Positions 52,142-62,864 of a stretch of DNA of 64,000 bases are shown in pieces (the first letter of the stretch is position 1; the number at the start of each line of letters is the position of its first letter). Below the pieces are notes generated by a model that saw only the letters and a list, made by a program, of their open reading frames with translations, ran no database searches and had not been told where the DNA came from. The DNA comes from Justusliebigvirus VEcB. A program made the position numbers and the translations under genes. The stretch lies in sequence record OZ035773.1, one strand, 5' to 3'.

Positions 52142-52642
52142 TTAGTTATAAGCGTCTAATGTTCCAGTTTTAAGCACCTGAATTACACGCTCTGCGCGAT
52201 TAGGCGTTTGGCGATACCATTTACTTTTACGTAAATTTATAGAGGCTTGAGTATAATATGAATTACTCACTAAAGTCAAGCTATTTTTGAAAGATTCTGC
52301 ACCTTTCAATCCCATTTGAAATACCATATTAATAATAGCCATTTTACGATTAGGACTTACTTTATCGTAAATAGGAGATAATATGGTGCTTGAATGGATT
52401 TGTTGTATCGCTTTCTTTACGTCACTCTCAAAGATTCTTCTAGCTTCCGCTTCAGTAATAACTCCATTGGTTTTTCTACCTACTAAGTTATCAAGAATGC
52501 GTATAGCTTCTGCTTTATCTTTGAGTTTTGTCAGAAGGTGTCCAATACCAACTGTCCAATACCCTTCGGTATCAGGATATACAGTTAGCTTTAGTCCTTC
52601 ATCAAAACGTAACATATCAAACACATCAACTACTTTAGCCAT
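52142..52642 (-). CDS. T4-type lysozyme (GH24 endolysin-like)
   Basis: MLRFDEGLKLTVYPDTEGYWTVGIGHLLTK and C-terminal RQTPNRAERVIQVLKTGTLDAY match T4 lysozyme signature regions; SD TAAGGAAAAC. Confidence 0.85.
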   Translation of the reverse strand: MAKVVDVFDMLRFDEGLKLTVYPDTEGYWTVGIGHLLTKLKDKAEAIRILDNLVGRKTNGVITEAEARRIFESDVKKAIQQIHSSTILSPIYDKVSPNRKMAIINMVFQMGLKGAESFKNSLTLVSNSYYTQASINLRKSKWYRQTPNRAERVIQVLKTGTLDAYN

Positions 52643-52802
52643 GTTTTCCTTATATTAGTCGCCCTCCCCATGATCTAGCTCTTGAAACAGTAGGTGTTCA
52701 GGAGACATTTCACGTTTAGGCTTCGTCTTTTTAGTTTGGGACTTAAGCTCTGTTGCCAAAGCACGAGAAAAGATCTTACGTTTCTGTTTACCTTTCATAT
52801 TG

Positions 52803-53063
52803 TTACTCCGCAATCTGAGCCATGAATTCACGTAGTTCAGAAAAACCTCCTACGTGGGTTAGCTGTTCACCATCTTCCACAAAAATCTGAGGAAATGTGC
52901 GTGGTAGAACACCTGTTTTCTCTAAAACCAGATTCTGAATCTGATCTAAAGAATAGTCTTCATCTAAGGTAAGGTATTTAAAATCCTGTTCACGCTGTTC
53001 TAGTAGAATCTTAGCGTTAGTGCAGAAAGGACAATTTGGTTTACCGTAGATAATAAAATTCAT
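52803..53063 (-). CDS. glutaredoxin-like redoxin (CPFC active site)
   Basis: From ATG 53063 (SD AAGGAG): MNFIIYGKPNCPFCTNAK...GGFSELREF; sits beside RNR genes. Confidence 0.7.
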   Translation of the reverse strand: MNFIIYGKPNCPFCTNAKILLEQREQDFKYLTLDEDYSLDQIQNLVLEKTGVLPRTFPQIFVEDGEQLTHVGGFSELREFMAQIAE

Positions 53064-53065
53064 TT

Positions 53066-53896
53066 TCACTCCTTGTTTAAAAGTATAGTTAAAGTTCTTA
53101 CAATACCGCTATCAACACTTCGCGGATTTAAAGTAGGATCTGTTTTTAAATAAGATGTTGCTGGTCTGACTGCTTTGGAATTATAGGTTGAAGCAGACAC
53201 AGGATTAACTGTAACAGATAAATCTATAACAAGAAATATCTTACGTGCAAAATCATACCAAGAAATATAATCTGCACCTGCATAGTGTACAATTTTACTA
53301 TTTACACCATCTTTTACAAGTTTAAAAATTGTTTCTGCAAGATCAGGTGCATAAGTAGGACATGACAAATGATCACATACTACATTAAATTCTTTTTGAC
53401 CACCGTTGTAGCGTTCCAACATAGTTTTCAAAAAGTTATGTCCAAATTCACTATAAACAGAAGCTGTTCTGATAATAAGTGCTGTAGGACAAACTGTTTG
53501 TACTAAAGTTTCACCTAATTGTTTACTGTAACCGTAGGTGTTCAAGGGGTTTGTTTTACTATCTTCTGTGCCAGCAACATGCCCATCAAAAACATAGTCT
53601 GTTGAAATATGTACAAACTGTATCAGTAAATCATTACATGCTTTGGCAATGTTTGTTGCACCGTATGCATTAACATTTATACAGGTGTTAACATCTTCTT
53701 CAGCTTTATCTACTGCCGTGTAAGCCGCACAATTCACAACAACATCAGGCACATGCTGTACAAGACTATTCATAACATCTTTAAAGTTGGTAATGTCTAC
53801 ATCACTTGCTTCAATCAAAATAACATCTTCGGGCGCAACTTTTGCCAAAGACTGTCCTAATTGACCTTTTGAACCAAAGATTAAAAATTTTGTCAA
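53066..53896 (-). CDS. rmlD: dTDP-4-dehydrorhamnose reductase
   Basis: N-terminal FLIFGSKGQLGQSL Rossmann motif, ~276 aa, last gene of rml operon. Confidence 0.75.
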   Translation of the reverse strand: MTKFLIFGSKGQLGQSLAKVAPEDVILIEASDVDITNFKDVMNSLVQHVPDVVVNCAAYTAVDKAEEDVNTCINVNAYGATNIAKACNDLLIQFVHISTDYVFDGHVAGTEDSKTNPLNTYGYSKQLGETLVQTVCPTALIIRTASVYSEFGHNFLKTMLERYNGGQKEFNVVCDHLSCPTYAPDLAETIFKLVKDGVNSKIVHYAGADYISWYDFARKIFLVIDLSVTVNPVSASTYNSKAVRPATSYLKTDPTLNPRSVDSGIVRTLTILLNKE

Positions 53897-54447
53897 AATA
53901 TGATCTCCTTTAGTGTTTTGGCTTGCTGATCTTTTTGTGACAAGATAGGTTTAAAATTAATATCATTAAAGATTAAATCAAAACCCCAATCAATATTGAT
54001 ATCTGGATCATTCCACGCAAGACTACACTCTGAAGTCGGATCGTAATATTCTGTACATTTATATTCAAAATCAGCAATGTCACTAATCACAACAAAGCCA
54101 TGAGCGAAACCAGGAGGAATCCAAAATTGTGTTTTATTCTTTTCAGATAAGAGAACACCTACCCATTCTCCAAATGTTGGACTACCAACTCTAATATCCA
54201 CAGCAACATCATAAACTTCACCACGAACACAACGTACTAACTTCCCTTGTGGGTTTTTCTTTTGAAAATGAAGCCCACGTAGAACTCCTCGGATAGAACG
54301 TGAATGGTTATCTTGGACAAAGTTTTGTTTACCTATGTATTGATCATATAAAGCCTGATTAAAACTTTCTAAGAAAAAACCACGTTCATCTCCGTAAACG
54401 TCTGGTTGAATGATCAACAAATCTTCGATTTTTGTTGCTTGAATCAT
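53893..54447 (-). CDS. rmlC: dTDP-4-dehydrorhamnose 3,5-epimerase
   Basis: IRGVLRGLHFQ..., FWIPPGFAHGF cupin motifs typical of RmlC; 184 aa. Confidence 0.8.
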   Translation of the reverse strand: MIQATKIEDLLIIQPDVYGDERGFFLESFNQALYDQYIGKQNFVQDNHSRSIRGVLRGLHFQKKNPQGKLVRCVRGEVYDVAVDIRVGSPTFGEWVGVLLSEKNKTQFWIPPGFAHGFVVISDIADFEYKCTEYYDPTSECSLAWNDPDINIDWGFDLIFNDINFKPILSQKDQQAKTLKEIIF

Positions 54448-54459
54448 TTAATCTCCCCT

Positions 54460-55329
54460 TTATTTTAATTTAAGTAAATACTTGCCGTAGTCTGTTTTAC
54501 TTAAAACCTCTCCAGAACTTTTTACAGAATCTAAAGTAATCCATTCATTTTTAAAAGCAATCTCTTCTAGGCATGCAACCTTCATACCTTGTTGCTTTTC
54601 TATTGCATGAACAAATTGAGATGCTTCCATAAGACTTTCATGTGTTCCTGTATCCAGCCAAGTGAAACCTCTTCCTAGCTTACAGACACGTAAAGCCTTT
54701 TCTTTCCAGTACATCTCATTTATATCTGTGATCTCTAACTCTCCTCTAGCAGAAGGCTTAACGCTTTTAGCTTTCTGTATAACAGAATTATCGTAAAAGT
54801 ACAAGCCTGTAATTGCATAGTTGCTTTTTGGTGCTTTTGGTTTTTCTTCAATACTTACCACTGTACCTTCAGAATCAAACTCAACAACACCAAATCTTTC
54901 AGGATCATTTACGTGATACCCAAAAATATTAGCTCCACCATTCTTTTCAATATGTTCTTTAGCAGAATCTAAAATGCTACCAAAACTCTGACCAAAGAAT
55001 AAATTATCACCTAGCACAAGTGCTACAGAATCTTCACCAATAAAGTTCTCACCAATAATAAACGCTTCTGCTAAACCTTTTGGGCTATCCTGTATTGCAT
55101 ACTGTAGGGAAATACCAAAAGAAGAACCGTCACCTAGAAGATTTACAAAATTAATTTGATCTTCTGGTGTTGTAATTATTAGTATTTCCCTAATTCCAGA
55201 AAGCATTAGGACAGAGAGTGGATAATAAATCATAGGTTTATCGTAAATTGGTAATAGTTGTTTACTAACCCCTTTAGTAACTGGGTAAAGTCTTGTTCCA
55301 CTACCACCTGCTAAGATAATACCTTTCAT
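54460..55329 (-). CDS. rmlA: glucose-1-phosphate thymidylyltransferase
   Basis: [35 protein letters not shown] signature; 289 aa. Confidence 0.85.
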   Translation of the reverse strand: MKGIILAGGSGTRLYPVTKGVSKQLLPIYDKPMIYYPLSVLMLSGIREILIITTPEDQINFVNLLGDGSSFGISLQYAIQDSPKGLAEAFIIGENFIGEDSVALVLGDNLFFGQSFGSILDSAKEHIEKNGGANIFGYHVNDPERFGVVEFDSEGTVVSIEEKPKAPKSNYAITGLYFYDNSVIQKAKSVKPSARGELEITDINEMYWKEKALRVCKLGRGFTWLDTGTHESLMEASQFVHAIEKQQGMKVACLEEIAFKNEWITLDSVKSSGEVLSKTDYGKYLLKLK

Positions 55330-55337
55330 ACTCCTCC

Positions 55338-56327
55338 TTAAACTTTATTTTCCCACCACTCTTTGTTATCTACATACCAATCAATGGTTGAATAAAGTTT
55401 TTCTTCAAATGTGCCTTTAGCTTTCCACCCTAATTCCTTTTCAATCTTATAAGGATTCACTTCATATCTTAGATCATGCCCAGGCCTATCTGTAACCATC
55501 TCAATGAGGCTACAAGCATCTGTTTCAGATGGATATACCGCATCCATATAATCACAAATCATATAGATTACATCAATATTAGTTCTAGGGTTTCTGCTCC
55601 CAATATTATATGTTTCTCCAGATTTGCCTTTAGTTACTACTAGGTGTAATGCTTCTGCGTGATCGTCAACGTATAGCCAGTCTCTTACTTGAAGACCATT
55701 GCCATAAACAGGGATTGGTTTATTCATTAAGATATTTGTTATCGTCTTAGGTATTAGTTTTTCTGGATGATGATACGCTCCAAAATTATTTGAACAATTT
55801 GTTATAACTGTCGGAATACCATAAGTACGATGCCACGCTCTTACCAAATGATCGCTTGCAGCTTTAGATGCGGCATATGGACTACTTGGTTTATAAGGAT
55901 TCTGTTCTGTAAACGGATAATCCCCTTCTTCCATATCACCATACACTTCATCTGTTGAAATATGATGAAACATTTTAAGATTTGATTTATCTCCCATTAA
56001 ACGAACAGCTTCTAGAAGATTAAATGTTCCAACGATATTTGAATTTATAAAAACACTCGGTGATGCTATTGAATTATCTACGTGACTTTCTGCTGCAAGA
56101 TGCATTATATAATCTGGGTTAACATCTGCCACAATCTTAGCAGTTAACTGAGCATTTGTCAAGTCAACACGACAAAACTTTACATTAGGTGTTTCTGATA
56201 AATTTCTAGGGTCTGAAGCGTAACCCCATTTATCTATAACGTAAATATCATTCTTAGTATTTTTAGCCAGGAAACGAACTACTGCACTTCCAATAAAACC
56301 TAAACCACCTGTTACTAAGTATTTCAT
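55338..56327 (-). CDS. rmlB: dTDP-glucose 4,6-dehydratase
   Basis: [28 protein letters not shown] (YxxxK SDR catalytic motif); 329 aa. Confidence 0.85.
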   Translation of the reverse strand: MKYLVTGGLGFIGSAVVRFLAKNTKNDIYVIDKWGYASDPRNLSETPNVKFCRVDLTNAQLTAKIVADVNPDYIMHLAAESHVDNSIASPSVFINSNIVGTFNLLEAVRLMGDKSNLKMFHHISTDEVYGDMEEGDYPFTEQNPYKPSSPYAASKAASDHLVRAWHRTYGIPTVITNCSNNFGAYHHPEKLIPKTITNILMNKPIPVYGNGLQVRDWLYVDDHAEALHLVVTKGKSGETYNIGSRNPRTNIDVIYMICDYMDAVYPSETDACSLIEMVTDRPGHDLRYEVNPYKIEKELGWKAKGTFEEKLYSTIDWYVDNKEWWENKV

Positions 56328-56521
56328 TTAGTCTCCTTCCAATTATTCCCTTCAGTAAAAATAATACCTTCATAAAACAACCATCTGGAACCTTTTTCAA
56401 CAGGAACAGGAATCTCTTCTTCAGTAAAGTTATAAACCTCTCTAGCATCTTCTAAAAGTGATGCAAATGTTTTTGGACTTACTGTTACGCGAGGAGCATT
56501 GATCAGTTGATCTAGCATCAT
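56324..56521 (-). CDS. hypothetical protein (65 aa)
   Basis: Start at ATG 56521 with strong SD AAGGAGGAT; track ORF extends upstream into neighbour. Confidence 0.45.
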   Translation of the reverse strand: MMLDQLINAPRVTVSPKTFASLLEDAREVYNFTEEEIPVPVEKGSRWLFYEGIIFTEGNNWKETK

Positions 56522-56534
56522 TCTACTATCCTCC

Positions 56535-56861
56535 TTACCAAACGTGTTGAGAAATAATAGTTTCCGTTTCAATGTTATATTTTTCAAGAAGTTGTGCATA
56601 GGCTTCTTTTGCATTCTTATTTAGTTGCTCAAGATCTACAGCTACACTTCCTTCGCCACCTTCTAAATAAATCCCATATATGCAATAAGATGCATCAGCG
56701 TCATAGAAAGGTGAGATACGGCTTAAATCAAGACCTTCTTGTAAGAACCAATTAAAATCTCCATCAAATTCTTCTTCAATTCTAGGATCTTCTCCTACAG
56801 CCTCTTCCCATTTATTAAAAGGTGCGCCCTGTAACATACGCCATTCAATATTAGTTCCCAT
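56535..56861 (-). CDS. hypothetical acidic protein (108 aa)
   Basis: Track ORF; SD AGGAGGAAGATA. Confidence 0.55.
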   Translation of the reverse strand: MGTNIEWRMLQGAPFNKWEEAVGEDPRIEEEFDGDFNWFLQEGLDLSRISPFYDADASYCIYGIYLEGGEGSVAVDLEQLNKNAKEAYAQLLEKYNIETETIISQHVW

Positions 56862-56997
56862 TATCTTCCTCCTCTTCTTTTTCTTCCGTGTGAACGAAGC
56901 CTAAACCGTTACAATTCCAACACGGAATAAATTGTTCCATACTAACAATAAAATTCCCAGTACCACCGCAGATAGGACAAATACTTACATCGTCCAT
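56851..56997 (-). CDS. small zinc-ribbon protein (48 aa, CxxCxGxG / CxxC), below track threshold
   Basis: Hand-translated MDDVSICPICGGTGNFIVSMEQFIPCWNCNGLGFVHTEEKEEEEDNGN; SD TGAGGAG. Confidence 0.45.
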   Translation of the reverse strand: MDDVSICPICGGTGNFIVSMEQFIPCWNCNGLGFVHTEEKEEEEDNGN

Positions 56998-56999
56998 TA

Positions 57000-57182
57000 T
57001 TAAAGCTCCTCAATCTTTTCTAACATCTGTTTTAACTCATTCTCTGTTAATAGAATTTCTGTGATACCATCATAAGTTTCTACCATCAGAGTAAAACATT
57101 TCTCTCCATCTGAACATACAAAAGCACCACCTTCCTCTTCTGTTAAGTCAGAATTAATATCTACATCAACAAAATCAATCAT
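57000..57182 (-). CDS. hypothetical acidic protein (60 aa)
   Basis: Start at ATG 57182 with SD AAAGGAGAAAAAG; track uses upstream TTG. Confidence 0.45.
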   Translation of the reverse strand: MIDFVDVDINSDLTEEEGGAFVCSDGEKCFTLMVETYDGITEILLTENELKQMLEKIEEL

Positions 57183-57393
57183 CTTTTTCTCCTTTGATAA
57201 TTTCAAACTTGGCTACACCATTAACTATAATATGACCGCAAGACAGAACTCCTAGCCAATGATCACCATTCTTTTTTAAACGTTTACCGTAAACATCACA
57301 GAAACCATTCTGTAATTCGGAAGCCTCGTAAGAGGCTCCCTTTTCGAAAACGTCTTTGAAGTCAGAAATTAATCCAACACAAAGTAGTTTCAT
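57175..57393 (-). CDS. hypothetical protein (72 aa)
   Basis: Track ORF; SD GAGGAG. Confidence 0.5.
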   Translation of the reverse strand: MKLLCVGLISDFKDVFEKGASYEASELQNGFCDVYGKRLKKNGDHWLGVLSCGHIIVNGVAKFEIIKGEKDD

Positions 57394-58478
57394 TAGAAGT
57401 CTAACTCCTCGTCATCACTTACATCTTTATTTGCTGAATTCAGTTTGTAAGCTGTAATTTGGATCTCCTGTGCTGCTGCTTGAATTTGATCTGGATTTAA
57501 CCAAACATCCATCCAAGGCAGTGGACTTTTCTTCGGTGCACGGAATTTGTGTTTCATTTTCAGTCTGCGATAGATAGGCGCAGCATTGAAGTAAACCCAA
57601 AGTTTGAACAACTCTGCGTTACCACCAACGATAATCCTTCCTTCACTAAACAGATAGTCACACCAATCTTCCTCTTGTCCAACTACCGTGTCAAGAATTT
57701 CTGTCAGAACGTCGATATTATCTTCGTATACTTTTCTCCAGACAGGATCTTTCAGCAGTGCATCAATAATAGCATAATCCATTTTAACGTGCAATAGTTC
57801 ATCCAACATAATTTTTTGAATGAGTTTAGCTGCACCTACAAACAGTTGCTGCTCTGCTAAGGCAAATGTTGCAGCAAAAGATGATATGAATTGAATGCCT
57901 TCCAGACCGATAAGTGCAATCATTCCTTTCAGAATCAGTAGACGAAGGTTATCATCCTTCTCAATCAGACCTAGAGCATATTTATGTCCTGCCTCTGCCA
58001 GATCACTCATTATCTCTTCAACTATACCCATCCTCTGGAAGATTCTTTCGTTCTCCATAATCTGATCGATAACTTCATTTGGATTAGGGATACACTGACG
58101 AATAATTTCAGAATATGTCAAAGCGTGTAAAACTTCCATTTCTGATTGCTTCATCATCATTGCACATGCTTCGTTGTTGCTTAAAAATGGTGCAAACAAA
58201 GTGATGATTGATTTAGCAAGTGAATCATTTTCCCATTGGAAAGATAGGTTTTTGATCATAACATCATAGTTGCTTTTAGAACAAGCTACGAAATCTTTTC
58301 GTGTCTGATCTAAGTTTACTTCGTTTTCATCCCAATCTTGCTGTTTTTGTAGTTTGTACAGACGATGCATTTCTGGGTATGTTACATTAATAGAATCAAA
58401 AATACCTAACTGTTCTCCCAAAAACACAGGGTAGAAACCTTCTTTGTAAGTGTCGTTGTATAAGTTAATTGCTGCCAT
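57393..58478 (-). CDS. nrdB: ribonucleotide reductase class Ia beta subunit
   Basis: 361 aa; ferritin-like di-iron pattern and acidic C-terminal tail (...DEELDF); adjacent to nrdA; SD GGAGGA. Confidence 0.85.
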   Translation of the reverse strand: MAAINLYNDTYKEGFYPVFLGEQLGIFDSINVTYPEMHRLYKLQKQQDWDENEVNLDQTRKDFVACSKSNYDVMIKNLSFQWENDSLAKSIITLFAPFLSNNEACAMMMKQSEMEVLHALTYSEIIRQCIPNPNEVIDQIMENERIFQRMGIVEEIMSDLAEAGHKYALGLIEKDDNLRLLILKGMIALIGLEGIQFISSFAATFALAEQQLFVGAAKLIQKIMLDELLHVKMDYAIIDALLKDPVWRKVYEDNIDVLTEILDTVVGQEEDWCDYLFSEGRIIVGGNAELFKLWVYFNAAPIYRRLKMKHKFRAPKKSPLPWMDVWLNPDQIQAAAQEIQITAYKLNSANKDVSDDEELDF

Positions 58479-58800
58479 TTAAATCCTCCACAATATCGCA
58501 CATTGCTTTTATTGTATCAATGTGTTCTCTCTCCATACCATGCTCTATGTAAGCCTTCTCTAATGCGTCCCATACACTCTTTGTGAGTAGTACAGTAACC
58601 TCTCCCTCATACCTTGCCCTGGTTAAAGCATACCAGGTAGCTACGGGATCATTGGAAGCCCATATTTCAACACTGGAAAATTGAAAACCTGCAATATAAT
58701 GGCAACACCAATCGAATGTAAAATCTTTACTATCTACCAGTGTATAATTTCCCCAGCGTCTTTGTGGTGTTGCCCCAGGTAATACAACTAATGTAGGCAT
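58465..58800 (-). CDS. hypothetical protein (111 aa) between nrdA and nrdB
   Basis: Start at ATG 58800 with SD AAGGAGGAAT; track ORF extends upstream into nrdA. Confidence 0.5.
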   Translation of the reverse strand: MPTLVVLPGATPQRRWGNYTLVDSKDFTFDWCCHYIAGFQFSSVEIWASNDPVATWYALTRARYEGEVTVLLTKSVWDALEKAYIEHGMEREHIDTIKAMCDIVEDLNGSN

Positions 58801-58810
58801 ATTCCTCCTT

Positions 58811-58834
58811 AAGAAAGGGGGACAAAGCCCCCTA
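58811..58834 (-). terminator. hairpin / possible attenuating terminator after nrdA (minus strand)
   Basis: GGGGGC-tttgt-CCCCCT followed by TTCTT on minus strand, immediately before next SD. Confidence 0.4.
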
Positions 58835-58840
58835 GTTTCA

Positions 58841-61102
58841 TTACATCTTACAAGCCTCACAACCGGATTCTTCATCCTCTTGAGCGAGTGAGGTTGCCGA
58901 TTTTGTTCTGCTATTTAGATAGTACAAAGATTTACCACCAAGTTTTGCAAACTGAAGAATATATTGCATTTCTGATTTAATGGATAAACGACCACCTTCC
59001 ATCTTAGAATAGTCAATCCACTTATCACATGATGCACCTTGATCTAAGAATTTAGTCAACAGTCCATATGCTTCAGCCATATCTTTATCTGGCGTATCCC
59101 AAGCCGATTGGTAAATATCTTTTAGTTTATCGTAGTCTGGCACAATAAACAGAACATTACCCTTTTGGCTTTGTTTATAAACTATAGTATCACGTACAGG
59201 ATACACAGAGTTAGTCGTATTACTTACAAGACTACTGGACTCATTTGGAGCAATAGCTGCTAATACGCTATTTCGGATACCACCTTGTGCAATGATATCT
59301 TGTCGTAAACCTTCCCAATCCATTTTAAGTTTAAAATTGCCAATATCGTCTACAGCTTTAGCGTAGGTGTCAATAGGCAACCATCCTTCAGGCCATTTGG
59401 TTTTATGCATCCATTCTGCATTACCTTTCTCTTTTGCCAAACGAAGAGAAGCTCTTGCTAACCAATAATAATGTCTTTCTGCTAATTCGTGAATTAGTTT
59501 TTTGCCGTAAGGATCTGAATAAGTAACAAAATTACTTGCCAGATAATGTGCAAGGTTTGTAATACCTACACCGATAGATCTACGTGCTTTAGCAGTGATT
59601 TCGTTATGTTTAAACGGATACTGCATTGTTTCAATAACATTATCAATAGTTAGAACGGTATAATATGCAACATCTTCATATTCTTCTGGTGTAACACGAC
59701 CAGCTACAATAGAAGACAGGAAGCATAATGCCAACTCTTGATCTTCTGTATTCTCACCTGTGAAAAGATCAGTCATATTGTGAAATGCTTTCGTAGGTAA
59801 GAAAATTTCTTGGCACAAGTTTGACTGGTAAATAACATCCTTAAACGGAGTATGCTTATTAGCATTATCCGCAAAGAACATATAAATACGTCCTGTCTCT
59901 GCTCTTTGTGTAATAATTTCTGCCAGAAGATCTCGTGCTTTTACAAACTTCTTCTTAATTCGTTTGCGACTAACTTTTTCATATACTTCTTCAAACTCTT
60001 CCTCGCTTTTATAAAGCGCCTCATAGAGTTCTGGTGCTTCGTCATAACTGACTAGCATCCAATCTTTACCTTTTGCTGCACGGCGCAGGAAAGCATTGTT
60101 TACTACAATAGAGTAATCAAGTTTATCTACTCGTTTTTCACTAACAGTAGTTGGGTTTTTCAAACGTACCAGATCTTCAAAATCAGGTTCTAGTATTGTA
60201 AACGTTACCGTTGCACTTCCACCACGACTTGCTTGTTTTGATGCTCCAACACTTGTTTCCATCCATTTCAGATATGGTAAAAGACCACCGTGAACGATAC
60301 GGTTGTTCTTAACACCTTGTCCTGTAGCACGGGTTTGGAGGTTAACACCAATACCTGCATTATTCAATGTATATTCATGAGCAAGATAGTTAGCAATTGC
60401 TAAAGATTCTGCTGTATCATCTGCTCTAAACAGACAACAAGAAGCACTACCTTTAATCTTAGTACGCAACGTTGTTAAATAAGGCGATGGTAAATTAATC
60501 TTAAGATCACTTACGTAGGTATATAGACGTTTAATGTCTTCTACTCTGCGATCTTTTGGTTGAATTTCCATTACCTTCATTGCTACACCAATGAATAAAA
60601 ACTGTGGTGATTCAAAAACAACATTATTGATCGCATCTTTCACAAGATACTTATCAACCATCTGGCGCAGTACGGAATAACCATAAGTTAGGTTTTTATC
60701 GTGATTGACAATTTTACCAATCTCAATAATTTCTTCTTCTGTATAATCCATCTTCCCCCAATAGCCTTTACTTACAGACATATTGTAGAAATCCAGGAGG
60801 GAGGGGATATTGTGATATCCCCCATGAGCCTGTTTATAGATCATACCAAGAAGTAACCGACCTGCCATATCACTATATGCCTGATCTTTCTTATCAATAC
60901 ATGCTGCTATCATAGCTTTATGTAAATCACGAGTAGGCACACCGTCGTAACAACGTTTAACAGCTTCGAGTTCAATTTCAGACCAATTTAATTTACCAGC
61001 AGCAAACTCTGACCATTTACGAAGTTTTTCTGGATTAAATTCTTCTTTCTTGCCGTTTGTTTTTGTTACATAACGGATAGATTTGCTTAGATACTGAGTC
61101 AC
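58841..61102 (-). CDS. nrdA: ribonucleotide reductase class Ia alpha subunit
   Basis: 753 aa; C-terminal Cys pair (...CEACKM); GTG start with SD AGGAGAGG. Confidence 0.85.
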   Translation of the reverse strand: MTQYLSKSIRYVTKTNGKKEEFNPEKLRKWSEFAAGKLNWSEIELEAVKRCYDGVPTRDLHKAMIAACIDKKDQAYSDMAGRLLLGMIYKQAHGGYHNIPSLLDFYNMSVSKGYWGKMDYTEEEIIEIGKIVNHDKNLTYGYSVLRQMVDKYLVKDAINNVVFESPQFLFIGVAMKVMEIQPKDRRVEDIKRLYTYVSDLKINLPSPYLTTLRTKIKGSASCCLFRADDTAESLAIANYLAHEYTLNNAGIGVNLQTRATGQGVKNNRIVHGGLLPYLKWMETSVGASKQASRGGSATVTFTILEPDFEDLVRLKNPTTVSEKRVDKLDYSIVVNNAFLRRAAKGKDWMLVSYDEAPELYEALYKSEEEFEEVYEKVSRKRIKKKFVKARDLLAEIITQRAETGRIYMFFADNANKHTPFKDVIYQSNLCQEIFLPTKAFHNMTDLFTGENTEDQELALCFLSSIVAGRVTPEEYEDVAYYTVLTIDNVIETMQYPFKHNEITAKARRSIGVGITNLAHYLASNFVTYSDPYGKKLIHELAERHYYWLARASLRLAKEKGNAEWMHKTKWPEGWLPIDTYAKAVDDIGNFKLKMDWEGLRQDIIAQGGIRNSVLAAIAPNESSSLVSNTTNSVYPVRDTIVYKQSQKGNVLFIVPDYDKLKDIYQSAWDTPDKDMAEAYGLLTKFLDQGASCDKWIDYSKMEGGRLSIKSEMQYILQFAKLGGKSLYYLNSRTKSATSLAQEDEESGCEACKM

Positions 61103-61113
61103 TTCCTCTCCTA

Positions 61114-61362
61114 TTAATTGTGCATGTTTAGAACATCTACATCATAACCGCCACGCATCTCATTATATAAGCCATTTGCGTATAGAAAACCTTCAAAATG
61201 ATCTATACCTTCAAAACCTTTTGCCTTTGCTTTGCGGTCTGCTTCTTGTCTTTTTGGGGATAATCTTTTAGATGTATCAAGAATAACTGTTACATTGCAA
61301 CCTAATGTTTCATCAAAATAGACTTCAATTTCACAGCCTTCATATTTATTACTTTCTGTCAT
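61114..61362 (-). CDS. hypothetical protein (82 aa)
   Basis: Start at ATG 61362 (SD GAGAGG); track uses TTG upstream. Confidence 0.5.
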   Translation of the reverse strand: MTESNKYEGCEIEVYFDETLGCNVTVILDTSKRLSPKRQEADRKAKAKGFEGIDHFEGFLYANGLYNEMRGGYDVDVLNMHN

Positions 61363-61374
61363 TTGGCCTCTCAA

Positions 61375-61785
61375 TTAGAATTCAGAATCATCATCTCGTG
61401 ATGGATCATGTTCATTTCCGAAGTCTTCCATTTTGATATGAGAGCTACCCCAACCTGTAAAATCTTCTTCTCCAAAGTGCAAAATATCTACACCTTGATA
61501 GATTCGCTTATATTTATAGTCTTGTCGAACTGGGAAAGTATACAATGTAGTATTTGCAAACACCACACGTCGATTGTTGTTACTACGAATATTAACACCA
61601 CGTTCTACTGTATAATGTCCATCGGTAGACATACCAAGCATTACTAATGCTGCTCGCAATGTAGTGTTATGATACTCGTGAGGAATTTTTCCTCCGTGTT
61701 TTTTAGCCATTTCTTTCCAGATCGGTGTAGCCTTAATGGTAGACATACTTACGGTCGCCCAAATGGTTGTATTAATTAGTGACAT
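61375..61785 (-). CDS. hypothetical protein (136 aa)
   Basis: Track ORF; SD GAAGGAGAA. Confidence 0.55.
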   Translation of the reverse strand: MSLINTTIWATVSMSTIKATPIWKEMAKKHGGKIPHEYHNTTLRAALVMLGMSTDGHYTVERGVNIRSNNNRRVVFANTTLYTFPVRQDYKYKRIYQGVDILHFGEEDFTGWGSSHIKMEDFGNEHDPSRDDDSEF

Positions 61786-61883
61786 AAATTCTCCTTCTCT
61801 CTTTTTAAGGAGAGCTACGCTCTCCTAACGTTAGCCTATACTACACGAATCTCAATTAAAAGTCAACTATAATTTTAAGTTGA

Positions 61884-62855
61884 TCACCATTTTGTATGGT
61901 TAGTCAAAAGTTGACGATGTTGAATCCAACCACAGAAGTTTCCACTCCACAAACGATGTTTACGATCCATATGTGTAATACCTTCTTCCCAAGAGGTAGG
62001 GAACGGAGGAATATTAATACCACCTTTCTGTTGTTTTAATCCTGACAAATCCATTTCTTTCATTGGCGTTGCCTGGTGTTCAAACGGAGATGCATGTACC
62101 TTTTGTCCAGACAGCAAACGAGAATAGATATCCAATGCTTTATCTTTGGTATCATTCAATTTACGATAACTTACCTGAGCGCAACAAGAAGCTGAAATAG
62201 CTTTTGCTTCCTCTTCTGTCAACATTTTCTCGTTGGAGAAGGTTTCACCCAAGAAATAACGGATCATACCAGTTTCTGGATCTCGATCACGATTAACGTA
62301 AGGTGTATGCCATTCCCCTGGGAAAAGAAGATATGGTTCAGAAGATTCATACAGTTTTTTAATTTCTTTAGCAAGAGCCTCAATAGTAGGATCTGCATCA
62401 GCATCTACGCGCAACCACAAGAAGTTTTCTAGCTCTGTAGTGGTTACTACAGTCTTCATACGCTGGAATGGTTCTAGTAGGCGGTTTGCAACCTGTTTAT
62501 GATAACCAGCAAGGGCAAACTCTTCTGCAAAACGTGCAGCACTTAGCGCAGCCAAGTCCCACCATTCTTTTGCAGTGTAACCTGCATCAATCAGGGCATC
62601 GTGATCTGTGCCTTTATCTTGCATACCTGGTTGGTTAGCACCAAAACGATAAGGACGTGCTGGAGATTGCCGTACCATTTCAATTAGAGTTTTAACAGGG
62701 ATAGCTCGACTTGATGCGGCATTACGAGAAAACAAACGATGCGTCATCAATTCAGAGTGAATGATTCGAGGATATTCAAGTTCAAAGGTAACAATATCCT
62801 TACCTTCAGATGTTTGAGAGTGTGCAATAATTTTTGCTGAAATAGAGTTTGTCAT
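61884..62855 (-). CDS. thyX: flavin-dependent thymidylate synthase
   Basis: ThyX signature THRLFSRNAASSRAIP (RHR..S.N..S.R-type); 323 aa. Confidence 0.75.
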   Translation of the reverse strand: MTNSISAKIIAHSQTSEGKDIVTFELEYPRIIHSELMTHRLFSRNAASSRAIPVKTLIEMVRQSPARPYRFGANQPGMQDKGTDHDALIDAGYTAKEWWDLAALSAARFAEEFALAGYHKQVANRLLEPFQRMKTVVTTTELENFLWLRVDADADPTIEALAKEIKKLYESSEPYLLFPGEWHTPYVNRDRDPETGMIRYFLGETFSNEKMLTEEEAKAISASCCAQVSYRKLNDTKDKALDIYSRLLSGQKVHASPFEHQATPMKEMDLSGLKQQKGGINIPPFPTSWEEGITHMDRKHRLWSGNFCGWIQHRQLLTNHTKW

Positions 62856-62864
62856 TATTTCTCC

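Noticed and set aside
52655-52799. Possible small basic ORF between lysozyme and the glutaredoxin gene
   Set aside because: Careful hand translation hits a stop after 22 codons; too short and unsupported.
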